Shown here: positions 18,792 to 26,862 of the stretch, in pieces
Layout: each line of letters starts with the position of its first letter
Position numbering within the stretch: position 1 is the stretch's first letter
Source of the DNA: Candidatus Poribacteria bacterium
GTDB lineage: Bacteria; Poribacteria; WGA-4E; WGA-3G
Length of the DNA: 49,223 bases
Assembly: GCA_012271015.1 (NCBI GenBank)
Contig: JAAXHD010000189.1
Location: 45,962-95,184 of the forward strand
Reading direction: 5' to 3'
Made by a program: the position numbers and the translations under genes
Notes under the pieces: model-generated
Databases searched by the model: none
The model's input: only the letters and a program-made list of their open reading frames with translations
What the model was told of the DNA's origin: nothing

Positions 18792-19634
18792 TTATCCTCG
18801 TTCAATTCCGGCTTCTTTAAAAGCGTTCGCCAGTGTTTCATAAGAGAGCGTCGCGGCAGCGAGTGGATCGTAGTCTTCCCGTGCTTGCACCATGAAACTC
18901 ACCTCAGCAGTAATGAACCCATCATAGCCGTGTGCTTGCATCCGCTTGAGATAGTCAACGTAATCGAAAGGACCTTCACCGGGGATGAGGAATTCGTGGT
19001 CGGGTGCGGTGCCGCGCTGGTCTTTGACGTGTGTATGTGCCGATACGGGTGCTAACGCTGATACTGTCTCTTCGGTTGTCATACCGACAATATCAAAATG
19101 ACTGATGTCGAAGTTAACTTTAAGGTATGGCGAATTAACGATTTCAAGAAGTTCCAGCACCTTCACGGGTGTATCAATGATCGCACCAACATGGGGTTCC
19201 ATCGCAATGGTGACACCGCGCGATGCCCCGTAATCAACAAGTTCTCCGACCCGTTCTGCGAGGAAATCTTTTTTTATCTCCCATTCCTCCGGTTTTCCGC
19301 CTGGGGTCGTATTGACAGCAGGCGGTTCGTCCCCTTGTGCGAGTTCAACAGCCAAATCAACCCCGCCTTTCAACCGCCACATGCTTTTTTCATGGGCTTC
19401 TGGATCTATCTCTAGTAGACTGGAATGCGCCGCGATGGCTGGTAGTGCCAAGTTATGCTGTTGAAACAGGGAGGCAATCCGTTTCCGTTCTGCGGCATCA
19501 AGCGTGCTGAGTTCAGTCGTAAAGCGCGGGATGATGGTGAGTTCAACGCCATCATATCCGAGGCTGGCGAGATGGGAGAGAGCAGTGTCTATGGGGACGG
19601 TGGGCATCCCCCATGTACTATATCCGAGTTTCAT
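18792..19634 (-). CDS. Sugar phosphate isomerase/epimerase
   Basis: GYDGVEL, AMEPH, NFDISH, HVKD, PGEG, AE. Confidence 0.9.
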   Translation of the reverse strand: MKLGYSTWGMPTVPIDTALSHLASLGYDGVELTIIPRFTTELSTLDAAERKRIASLFQQHNLALPAIAAHSSLLEIDPEAHEKSMWRLKGGVDLAVELAQGDEPPAVNTTPGGKPEEWEIKKDFLAERVGELVDYGASRGVTIAMEPHVGAIIDTPVKVLELLEIVNSPYLKVNFDISHFDIVGMTTEETVSALAPVSAHTHVKDQRGTAPDHEFLIPGEGPFDYVDYLKRMQAHGYDGFITAEVSFMVQAREDYDPLAAATLSYETLANAFKEAGIERG

Positions 19635-19814
19635 TTTTTAATGTTTCCTTATAGTTACTAAAGTTTGGACGATTCGAGTTGCGTGTGAGGTGAGTTCTCA
19701 AGGATGGCCCAGTTTTTCTGGGAGGTTGCGACAGGCACCTCACAGTAAAAAAAAGACAGGCAGGTGTCCAAAAACGCAGCCCCCGGGGAATGCCATAAGG
19801 CATTCATACCGTTG

Positions 19815-19898
19815 GTTCCGGGGCGAAATGTGTGTAGAACCGCCCTATCCTGCAAGGTCTAAGCCCCAGCGGGGGTTTTTGCTTGGGTGTTTCTTCAA
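19815..19898 (+). repeat. GCCCC-N-GGGGC hairpin repeat family copy ending in the GT-rich motif
   Basis: GGGGCGAAATGTGTGTAG...AGCCCCAGCGGGG[GTTTTTGCTTGGGTGTTTCTTCAA]; relative at 41549-41627. Confidence 0.65.
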
Positions 19899-19948
19899 AA
19901 TGTGGATCCCTCTAAAAATTGTCCAAAGCTTAGTATAGTTAAAAAACG

Positions 19949-20641
19949 TCAAAAAATTGTGCCGAGCCAATCGTTTATTAGAAAACCGGTGCGGTGAATC
20001 AAGAGGGCGACACGCCCCATGACTGTGTTCCCGAACGCTGCACCAAATCCTACCATAAGAAAGGCAATCCCAATTTTTGACAGCCATCCAACAGGTCCCT
20101 GATGCTCCACAGAGAAAAAGAAATAGATGAGCGTACAAATCAGACCTATGCCTATAAAGACCGCTCCGATAATATCATCAAGGGACATCGAACCGGCATG
20201 CATTTGCGCAAAGGGCGTAAGTGTGCCGTGTGTCTGCTCGAAAATAGCTGCCCGCAGCACATTCGGAATGGCAATTCCAGAGTTAAAACCGATGAGGATA
20301 GCAATAGGGTACCGAATTAGCCATGCCTGCCGGGGGGACAACCTAGCAAAAAAGAGTAAACCAATTCCAATCGGAAATATTTTGAATAAACCACTGAGGG
20401 CTTCGCTTGTTTCTGGTGTAGCTTCACCTCTTATTTGAGTCCCAAGTGCGACCATTGCCTCAGATAAGGGATTCCAAGCTAAGGGTATGAATCCTTGATG
20501 AATAGTAATGACAATGCTATACCCGACTGATATCCCCACAAAGAGATGTTCTGCAAACCGATAGAACGGGTTATCTCGGTAAAGGAAGCTGTAGATACAA
20601 AGTGTCAATAGTGATGCAATCCAGATACCAAAAATTTCCAT
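19949..20641 (-). CDS. Hypothetical polytopic membrane protein (gene 4 of membrane operon)
   Basis: About 6 TM; YSFLYRDNPFYRFAEHLFVG and GFGAAFGNTVMGR; ATG at 20641 with GGAGGAG RBS. Confidence 0.8.
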   Translation of the reverse strand: MEIFGIWIASLLTLCIYSFLYRDNPFYRFAEHLFVGISVGYSIVITIHQGFIPLAWNPLSEAMVALGTQIRGEATPETSEALSGLFKIFPIGIGLLFFARLSPRQAWLIRYPIAILIGFNSGIAIPNVLRAAIFEQTHGTLTPFAQMHAGSMSLDDIIGAVFIGIGLICTLIYFFFSVEHQGPVGWLSKIGIAFLMVGFGAAFGNTVMGRVALLIHRTGFLINDWLGTIF

Positions 20642-20645
20642 TAAT

Positions 20646-21461
20646 CTACTCCTCCCGCCGTCTATGAATGAAAAAAGCAATATTGCCCAGAAGGACCAAC
20701 CCAATAAGTAAAACATGCACGAAGGACGCTGTATTTAAGCCTACAGTTCCATCCCCGGGAGCGTTTAACAGTTTCTCGTACTCAGTGGCTCCCAAATAAC
20801 CAGGCATCAAACCGACCAATTGTCCGGTTTGCAGGAAGGGATACATCTGTGCGATAATGACTCCCGTAACGCCTGCAGCAATCTTCAAACCGTATCTTGT
20901 GTTTGCATAAACGATCCAAGCTTCTGTTGAACTTCCAGCAGCAAGATCAAGTAGCAAGGCGATCTGGTCGTAGTTCTTAATATTCTTCATCATCGGAATT
21001 TCATGGATTGCCGTTCCACTGTAATCGGTTTCAAAAACGCTGGCGATATTATTCCCCATCCCAAGGATGACCTGCAAAGCTCCAGGGCGGTAACCCAAAA
21101 AAATGTAATCTTCCCCGTAAATCGCATCGTTTTCCGCAGCAATCTTTTGCATGAGTCCGTGAGCCAAGGTGGGCATATTAGCATAAAGGGTCACTCCAAT
21201 GACGTTTACGCCTTTATTAAAGCAGTGCCGCAGGACCGCTTTTGCCATGGGTTCTGGTTCAGCTAAAGAAGAAGGTCCGTAATCGAAAGCGAGCATAATA
21301 GTCTCCCCTGGAGGAAGTTCCTCAATATAGTCATAAAGTTTCTGCGCTGGTTCGGACACTCTCGTCGGTAGCCTGATCGGGATAAGGGTTGGGATGATAA
21401 CGACTACGGCAACTAATATAAAAATTAGTCGCCGGTCCATATTCATTAGTTTTTCAAGCAT
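20646..21461 (-). CDS. Hypothetical membrane-anchored protein (gene 3)
   Basis: N- and C-terminal TM helices flanking a soluble alpha/beta domain; GGAGGAG RBS. Confidence 0.8.
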   Translation of the reverse strand: MLEKLMNMDRRLIFILVAVVVIIPTLIPIRLPTRVSEPAQKLYDYIEELPPGETIMLAFDYGPSSLAEPEPMAKAVLRHCFNKGVNVIGVTLYANMPTLAHGLMQKIAAENDAIYGEDYIFLGYRPGALQVILGMGNNIASVFETDYSGTAIHEIPMMKNIKNYDQIALLLDLAAGSSTEAWIVYANTRYGLKIAAGVTGVIIAQMYPFLQTGQLVGLMPGYLGATEYEKLLNAPGDGTVGLNTASFVHVLLIGLVLLGNIAFFIHRRREE

Positions 21462-21464
21462 TGG

Positions 21465-22115
21465 CTAATCTCCTCCGCCTAAATAAGAGCGTTCAATTCC
21501 CAAGATAATCCGAATGGATTGTGAGATAACGCCCAGGCTTACCCCAAGGATAATACCGCGCCGTGAGGCGAGGTTGGGGATGTCTAAAATCCATTGACGT
21601 GCTTTTGAAGCACCATCTTCCAAAGGAATCCACGACAGGACGGTGTTCCAGGCGAGATCCCCTACGGGGACATTTCCTATCATTACAATCATGGCAGTAA
21701 CGAGGAGCAAAGTTGCCTCAAACGTTCGGGCGCGGAAGGCACGGTAAGCTGCCGAAGCAATAAAGAAGGCAAGCAACGAAAACATCGTTGCGTCCATTGG
21801 AACTTGCACGTTGTTGTATAACCACTCGACTATAGAGTTTTGCGGTCCAAAGGGAATACCTATTAAAACCATAACTGCCATGCCCACAAAAACAACAAGG
21901 CTGTATTGCCAATGCTCCGTGCGGCGACGAACCCGTGTTATATGGGTTTCGATGAGTGTCACCACTGCCAAAACCAATGCGAAGGGCGTTATTATGAGTC
22001 CCCAGTCGATAACCTCTTCATAAAGTTTTTGAGAGACTGAATGTGGACTAAACTGCGTGAAGATTAGTGCTATACCAAAAAGAAAACAGAGGGCTAAGGG
22101 TCCTTGTCGTTTCAT
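21465..22115 (-). CDS. Hypothetical polytopic membrane protein (gene 2)
   Basis: TMFSLLAFFIASAAYRAFRAR and RIILGIERSYLG; ATG at 22115 with GGAGG RBS. Confidence 0.8.
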   Translation of the reverse strand: MKRQGPLALCFLFGIALIFTQFSPHSVSQKLYEEVIDWGLIITPFALVLAVVTLIETHITRVRRRTEHWQYSLVVFVGMAVMVLIGIPFGPQNSIVEWLYNNVQVPMDATMFSLLAFFIASAAYRAFRARTFEATLLLVTAMIVMIGNVPVGDLAWNTVLSWIPLEDGASKARQWILDIPNLASRRGIILGVSLGVISQSIRIILGIERSYLGGGD

Positions 22116-22123
22116 AAAGCCTC

Positions 22124-23269
22124 CTAACGTACTCTCTGTAAGAACGATGTAATCCAACCGACACCGGATAATTCCAATATCACACCAAGCACAATTGCTG
22201 CAAAGATGACGACCTTACCCCAATCTTGCCCTCTGAGACTCCCTAAGAACATAGGATCTTTGGATAGATAAGCCGTCGCAGCGTAGAGTTCTTCACCAAT
22301 TAAGGTATAATCACACGCTGCAATAAAGAACGGGAGCTGATGTTCAGAATCTGTCCCTGCAATCTGTATTGCGCCGATAGAATTACCAGTTTCAGCCATG
22401 AGGAGCGATTCAGCATAAAACTGACCTTGCAAAAAAACTGCTGCTGGTTTCTCGCGAACCATCATACCATCTACACCAGCGGCATAAGCAAACTGACTAT
22501 CGGTAAGAAAGAAAATATTTTCTTCGTTGTAAGCATCCGGACGCCCTTCGTCGAGGTAAGACGTTCTCACCATCTCACGTATCACGTTCAGCACGATAGG
22601 GTCGTTACAAGGCACCCGCAGGGGTGTTTCGTAGTCGGCTGTCCGCCGTGCGATTTGCCCTAAGATTGTCATACTGGCAATGGTAGCGACATTATCTACA
22701 CCCCCTAATCCGAGTACATAGAGAATGGAGCGCCCCATTTCTGTGGCTCTACCGATGGCTTCATCCACGGCTTCAAGCCCCGGAATACGACGGACAAATA
22801 CCTCTTTACCGCTTCTCGCATCATAGATATTCCAAAGAATCGCGGCAGAGAAAAGAAGCATGGCGACAAACAGCGGAATTTTGCCGGTATGAAACCATTC
22901 ACCCGTTCCTTTAACGGGTGCCGTTTCCTCAGAATCCACCGTTGCTCCCGTGTCGCTAACCGCTCGCACGATGTAGGCGTAAGCGTTCCCTTTTTCGATA
23001 GTGGCATCAACGTAGGATGTTGTTCCAGCAGGTAACATTTCGCCAATTTCTTCGAGACCCCCGCCTGCAATCCGGCGTAGGATTTGATACCCGCTGATAC
23101 CGCTATCCTCCGGGGCGGCATCCCACTGAATCGTGACGCTCCTGCCGTCGTCGTTGGGTGTATCCACTGCCGTGACATTTGACGGTGGCGAAAGCCCTTG
23201 GCTGAATGCAATGCTAATACTCATGCATAAAACCAAGTAGACCATTAAGCATTTAATTATTTTTTTCAT
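22124..23269 (-). CDS. Fibronectin type III plus DUF6754-like domain protein (gene 1)
   Basis: Signal peptide; FN3 pattern (PPSNVTA...W...GYQI...SYVD...YAYIVRA); TM; then RRIPGLEAVDEAIGRATEMG...DYTLIGEELYAA. Family name is from recall. Confidence 0.75.
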   Translation of the reverse strand: MKKIIKCLMVYLVLCMSISIAFSQGLSPPSNVTAVDTPNDDGRSVTIQWDAAPEDSGISGYQILRRIAGGGLEEIGEMLPAGTTSYVDATIEKGNAYAYIVRAVSDTGATVDSEETAPVKGTGEWFHTGKIPLFVAMLLFSAAILWNIYDARSGKEVFVRRIPGLEAVDEAIGRATEMGRSILYVLGLGGVDNVATIASMTILGQIARRTADYETPLRVPCNDPIVLNVIREMVRTSYLDEGRPDAYNEENIFFLTDSQFAYAAGVDGMMVREKPAAVFLQGQFYAESLLMAETGNSIGAIQIAGTDSEHQLPFFIAACDYTLIGEELYAATAYLSKDPMFLGSLRGQDWGKVVIFAAIVLGVILELSGVGWITSFLQRVR

Positions 23270-23289
23270 GAATATTATAGTTCCTCAAT

Positions 23290-23466
23290 AGTTGTCGGTT
23301 ATCGGAAGAATGGTTGTTGGTTGTCGGTTATCGGTCTTCAGTTAAGAGGTTTTTCAGTAACAATTAACCGCGTCTTGGAATATTCCAAGTTCGGGTAGAT
23401 TGTCACAGAAACCGCTTTAACCGAGAACTGACGACCGAAAGGGTTGCGTAGCAACCCGTACCAATA
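23290..23466. repeat. Heptamer-armed inverted-repeat element (H7 family)
   Basis: Left arm of GTTGTCG/GTTATCG heptamers then CAGTTAAGAGG; right arm TTAACCGAGAACTGACGACCGA; nested palindrome GGGTTGCGTAGCAACCC. Confidence 0.65.
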
Positions 23467-23471
23467 ATTAT

Positions 23472-24560
23472 TCAAAAACATTGCGCTATCGCTTGTAGAA
23501 CATGCCGATCCTCTACATCGTCGCGGATAACGACTTCTCCGATACGTGTCGGCAGGATGAGGCGGAGTTTACCACCTAACGTCTTTTTATCTAAATACAT
23601 TGCGTCACATAAGGCTTCAGGAGTAAGGTCAGAAGGGAGAGTGATGGGCAATTTCGCCCGCTTTAAGAGGGCGCGTTGCCGTTGAAAATCGGTTTCAGAG
23701 AACATCCCTAAATTGACAGCCAACTGCGCCGCACAATTCATACCGATAGAAACCGCTTCGCCGTGTCGATACCTGTTGTAGTGTGTTAGTGCTTCCAGCG
23801 CGTGTCCAAAGGTGTGTCCATAATTCAGCACCATCCGCAGTCGGCTTTCCTTTTCATCTTTAGCGACGATCTCTGCCTTGTTGACGCACGCCTGTGAGAT
23901 AATTTCAATAAGTGTCGTGTCGTCTAAGTTTAGGATAGCCTCCAGATTTTCTTCAACCCTTTCAAACAGCGGTTCATCACGGATAACACCCATTTTGATA
24001 ACTTCGATAAGTCCTGCGCGAATATCGCGTTGTGGCAAGGTCTTGAGCGTTCCTACATCAATGACGACCAACTTCGGTTGATGAAACGCACCGATGAGGT
24101 TTTTGCCTTTTGGATGATTAATCGCAGTCTTGCCGCCGACGCTCGCGTCAACCTGCGCTTGTAACGTCGTAGGAATCTGAACGTAAGGAATACCCCGCAT
24201 GTATACAGCGGCGGCGAACCCAGCCAAATCACCGATGACCCCACCACCGAGAGCAATGATTATTGAACCCCGATCGAGTTGGTGTTCCACCAAACTGTCC
24301 TGTATCCGGGAGAACTGCGCCAACGATTTGCTCTCTTCGCCACCGAGCACTTCAATCGTGCAGACATCAAGCCCGACATCTTTGAGGCTCTTCAGCACAA
24401 CAGGCATATAGCGCGTTTTGACAAACGCGTCCGAAACGATGAGCACCTTATTTGATTTTGTATGGGGTGTAAGCAATTCTCCAACGCCGTTGAGGAGTTC
24501 TGTCCCAACAACAAGTGGATAACTGTTATCTCCAAGTTCCACATGTAAGGTTTTCGTCAT
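23472..24560 (-). CDS. aroB: 3-dehydroquinate synthase
   Basis: GEESK, LGGGVIGDLAGF, PTTL, DASVGGKT, KNLIGAF, LNYGHT, HGEAV, DKK. Confidence 0.97.
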   Translation of the reverse strand: MTKTLHVELGDNSYPLVVGTELLNGVGELLTPHTKSNKVLIVSDAFVKTRYMPVVLKSLKDVGLDVCTIEVLGGEESKSLAQFSRIQDSLVEHQLDRGSIIIALGGGVIGDLAGFAAAVYMRGIPYVQIPTTLQAQVDASVGGKTAINHPKGKNLIGAFHQPKLVVIDVGTLKTLPQRDIRAGLIEVIKMGVIRDEPLFERVEENLEAILNLDDTTLIEIISQACVNKAEIVAKDEKESRLRMVLNYGHTFGHALEALTHYNRYRHGEAVSIGMNCAAQLAVNLGMFSETDFQRQRALLKRAKLPITLPSDLTPEALCDAMYLDKKTLGGKLRLILPTRIGEVVIRDDVEDRHVLQAIAQCF

Positions 24561-25102
24561 TTTGGATTCCTGGTGCTTTTCCGAAACATCCGTTTGATGT
24601 GCATAATAATTTCACCAAATGAGCGTCCCGTTGTGCTTATCATGTGATCGGAAACCTCTGCATAGTAGGGATGTCGTTCTGCCAACATCGACTGGATTTT
24701 CGCGAGTGGGTCAGGAGTTTGGAGTAGAGGTCGGTGTGCTTGGTGTCCAACACGCTTATAGATTTCCTCCGGCGTTGCTGTAAGGCAGAAGACAACGCCA
24801 TTTCGCTTCAGTTCTGTCATATTCGCTTCTCTCAGGACGACACCACCACCGGTGGAAATAACATGGTTTTGCAGTTTCGACACCTGACGAACGGCTTCAC
24901 TCTCAAGCTCCCGAAAAGCAGGTTCCCCGTCCTCCGCGAAGATGTCGCTGATACGTCGCCGACTGTTTCGTTCAACAATCTCGTCTGTATCTACGTAGCG
25001 CATCCGCAGTTGTGAAGAAATCCGTCTTCCGATAGAAGTTTTTCCGGTGCCCATAAAACCGACAAGCACAATATTGGGGCGTTTTTTGACGGGGCGTTGC
25101 AC
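24557..25102 (-). CDS. aroK: Shikimate kinase
   Basis: LVGFMGTGKT, DTD, GEPAFRELE, STGGG, RPLL; overlaps aroB by 4 nt. Confidence 0.96.
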   Translation of the reverse strand: MQRPVKKRPNIVLVGFMGTGKTSIGRRISSQLRMRYVDTDEIVERNSRRRISDIFAEDGEPAFRELESEAVRQVSKLQNHVISTGGGVVLREANMTELKRNGVVFCLTATPEEIYKRVGHQAHRPLLQTPDPLAKIQSMLAERHPYYAEVSDHMISTTGRSFGEIIMHIKRMFRKSTRNPK

Positions 25103-25124
25103 CTGATTTCTACCTTTTAATAGT

Positions 25125-25179
25125 TTTAACCATCAACTCGTGCTTTAACATTTATAACCGAGTCGAGTTGACGGTTAAA
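25125..25179 (-). promoter_or_regulatory. 16-bp hairpin upstream of aroK
   Basis: TTTAACCATCAACTCG / CGAGTTGACGGTTAAA; the single mismatch is a G-U pair on the minus strand. Confidence 0.5.
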
Positions 25180-25227
25180 GTTATTCGTTATCAGTCGCCA
25201 GTTAAAGAGGTCATTGGTAACAGTGGT

Positions 25228-25458
25228 ACCGTAGGTTGGGTTGAGCGATAAAAACTCAATCTTCTCTCGTTGCTTACGAAACTGCAGCCAAGACTCGATG
25301 CTTGTAAACAGATCCAGCGAAACCCAACAAATTCACCATTTTCAGAAAAACATCGTTGGGTTTCACTCAGGCTTTGGATGTTCAAGGACCCCCTGGACTT
25401 TGAAGTCGATTGTCTTTGTCCAATCTTTCGGAGGCACTCGTTCAACCCAACCTACGGT
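25228..25458. repeat. REPIN-like element nested within an H7 element (~25188-25521)
   Basis: Perfect 17-bp terminal IR ACCGTAGGTTGGGTTGA / TCAACCCAACCTACGGT; internal GAAACCCAAC / GTTGGGTTTC. Confidence 0.75.
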
Positions 25459-25553
25459 GTGTGCATAGTTTTCTCTGCGTTCTGCCGACATGTGCAACTG
25501 ACAACCGATACCTGGTAACCATTATACCACCTTCAAAAAATATTGCAAAGGTT

Positions 25554-25582
25554 TTGCACCAATTTTTGAGGTATGGTATAAT
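25554..25582 (+). promoter_or_regulatory. Putative sigma70 promoter for the GNAT-GNAT-GT operon
   Basis: TTGCAC-N17-TATAAT with extended TG. Confidence 0.6.
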
Positions 25583-25635
25583 TAGTTGTTGGTTTTCAGT
25601 TTTCAGTTAAGAGGTTTTGTTAAACCGAAGTGCGC

Positions 25636-25724
25636 AGCCCGTAAGCGTAGCGGAGGGCGAATATACGGAGAGGAACGTTAGTTATCCAAACCCACCTCAC
25701 CGAACCGCAAGGTATAATTAAAAG
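25636..25724 (+). repeat. Start-codon-abutting repeat (element L)
   Basis: AGCCCGTAAGCGTAGCGGAGGGCGAATATACGGAGAGG...ACCTCACCGAACCGCAAGGTATAATTAAAAG then ATG at 25725. Confidence 0.8.
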
Positions 25725-26321
25725 ATGGCACGACAGCTCAGAATGGTACGTCCCAATTTAGAAAATTTATCCGAACTCGAACTCCCGCCAGGCTACGGCA
25801 TACGAACCTATCGTCAGGGAGATGAGGTGCATTGGGCACATATCATTAGTGACTCGTTTGGCGGAAGAAAACGCACTGCTCAAGATACGAGGAACGAGAT
25901 TACCGGTAGAGACGTATTCATTCCTAATGGACTCTATTTTGCAACACATCAGGATATTCCCGTTGGAACTGCTTGTGCATGGCGGGAATCTGTAGATGAG
26001 AAGGATGTCGGCTATGTGCACATGGTAGGCGTTGTCGCTGAACACACCGGACATAAACTCGGAAAATGGGTCTCACTCGCCGTTCTGATCTATTTCCGCG
26101 ACAACGGATTCAAATGCTCAATGCTGGATACCGACGATTTCCGTGTGCCTGCTGTCAAGACTTATCTGAATTTAGGATTCATCCCCGTTTACGTTGAAGA
26201 CGGACAACCCAAACGGTGGCGAGACATTTTTGAGAAATTGGGACTGCCCTCTATGTCCTCGCAAATCGAGAACGTCAGAGAAACACTTCCTGAGGATCTG
26301 TGGGTGAAAGTATCGCGTTAG
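25725..26321 (+). CDS. GNAT family N-acetyltransferase
   Basis: Motif A VGVVAEHTGHKLGK; motif B PAVKTYLNLGF. Confidence 0.9.
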   Translation: MARQLRMVRPNLENLSELELPPGYGIRTYRQGDEVHWAHIISDSFGGRKRTAQDTRNEITGRDVFIPNGLYFATHQDIPVGTACAWRESVDEKDVGYVHMVGVVAEHTGHKLGKWVSLAVLIYFRDNGFKCSMLDTDDFRVPAVKTYLNLGFIPVYVEDGQPKRWRDIFEKLGLPSMSSQIENVRETLPEDLWVKVSR

Positions 26322-26328
26322 AAGTAGC

Positions 26329-26862
26329 ATGGAAGATCAACTCAAAATGGCTCGTCACAGTTTAGAAAATCTGCCGACGCTCCAGTGTCCTGAAGGGTAT
26401 CATATCCGCACCTACCGACAAGGAGACGAAACACATTGGGCGCGAATCATGGACATCGCCTTCGTAGACCAAGGCAGAACCACCCAAGATACCTACACTA
26501 ACGTTATTAACCAACCCAATTTCGATCCAGATGGCTTTTGTTTCGTTATTCACAAAGATATGCCTATCGGTACAGCGTGTGCTTGGCAGGAATCTCTTCG
26601 TGGCAAACCGATTGGCTACATTGACATGCTTGCTGTGCTGCCGGAGCACACAGGGCATAGACTCGGAAAATGGTTAACAGTGTTTCTCTTGCACTATTTT
26701 AAAGAGCGACGTGTGGCATCCGTAATGTTAGACACAGACGATTTTCGACTCCCCGCAATCAAAAATTATCTCAACTTAGGGTTCGTTCCTGTTTATGCGG
26801 GTGAAAACCACCTGCTACGTTGGCGGAGTATCTTTGAAAAGCTGGACCTTTTCCAAAAATGA
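26329..26862 (+). CDS. GNAT family N-acetyltransferase (tandem paralog)
   Basis: LAVLPEHTGHRLGK and PAIKNYLNLGF; collinear with the previous gene. Confidence 0.9.
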   Translation: MEDQLKMARHSLENLPTLQCPEGYHIRTYRQGDETHWARIMDIAFVDQGRTTQDTYTNVINQPNFDPDGFCFVIHKDMPIGTACAWQESLRGKPIGYIDMLAVLPEHTGHRLGKWLTVFLLHYFKERRVASVMLDTDDFRLPAIKNYLNLGFVPVYAGENHLLRWRSIFEKLDLFQK

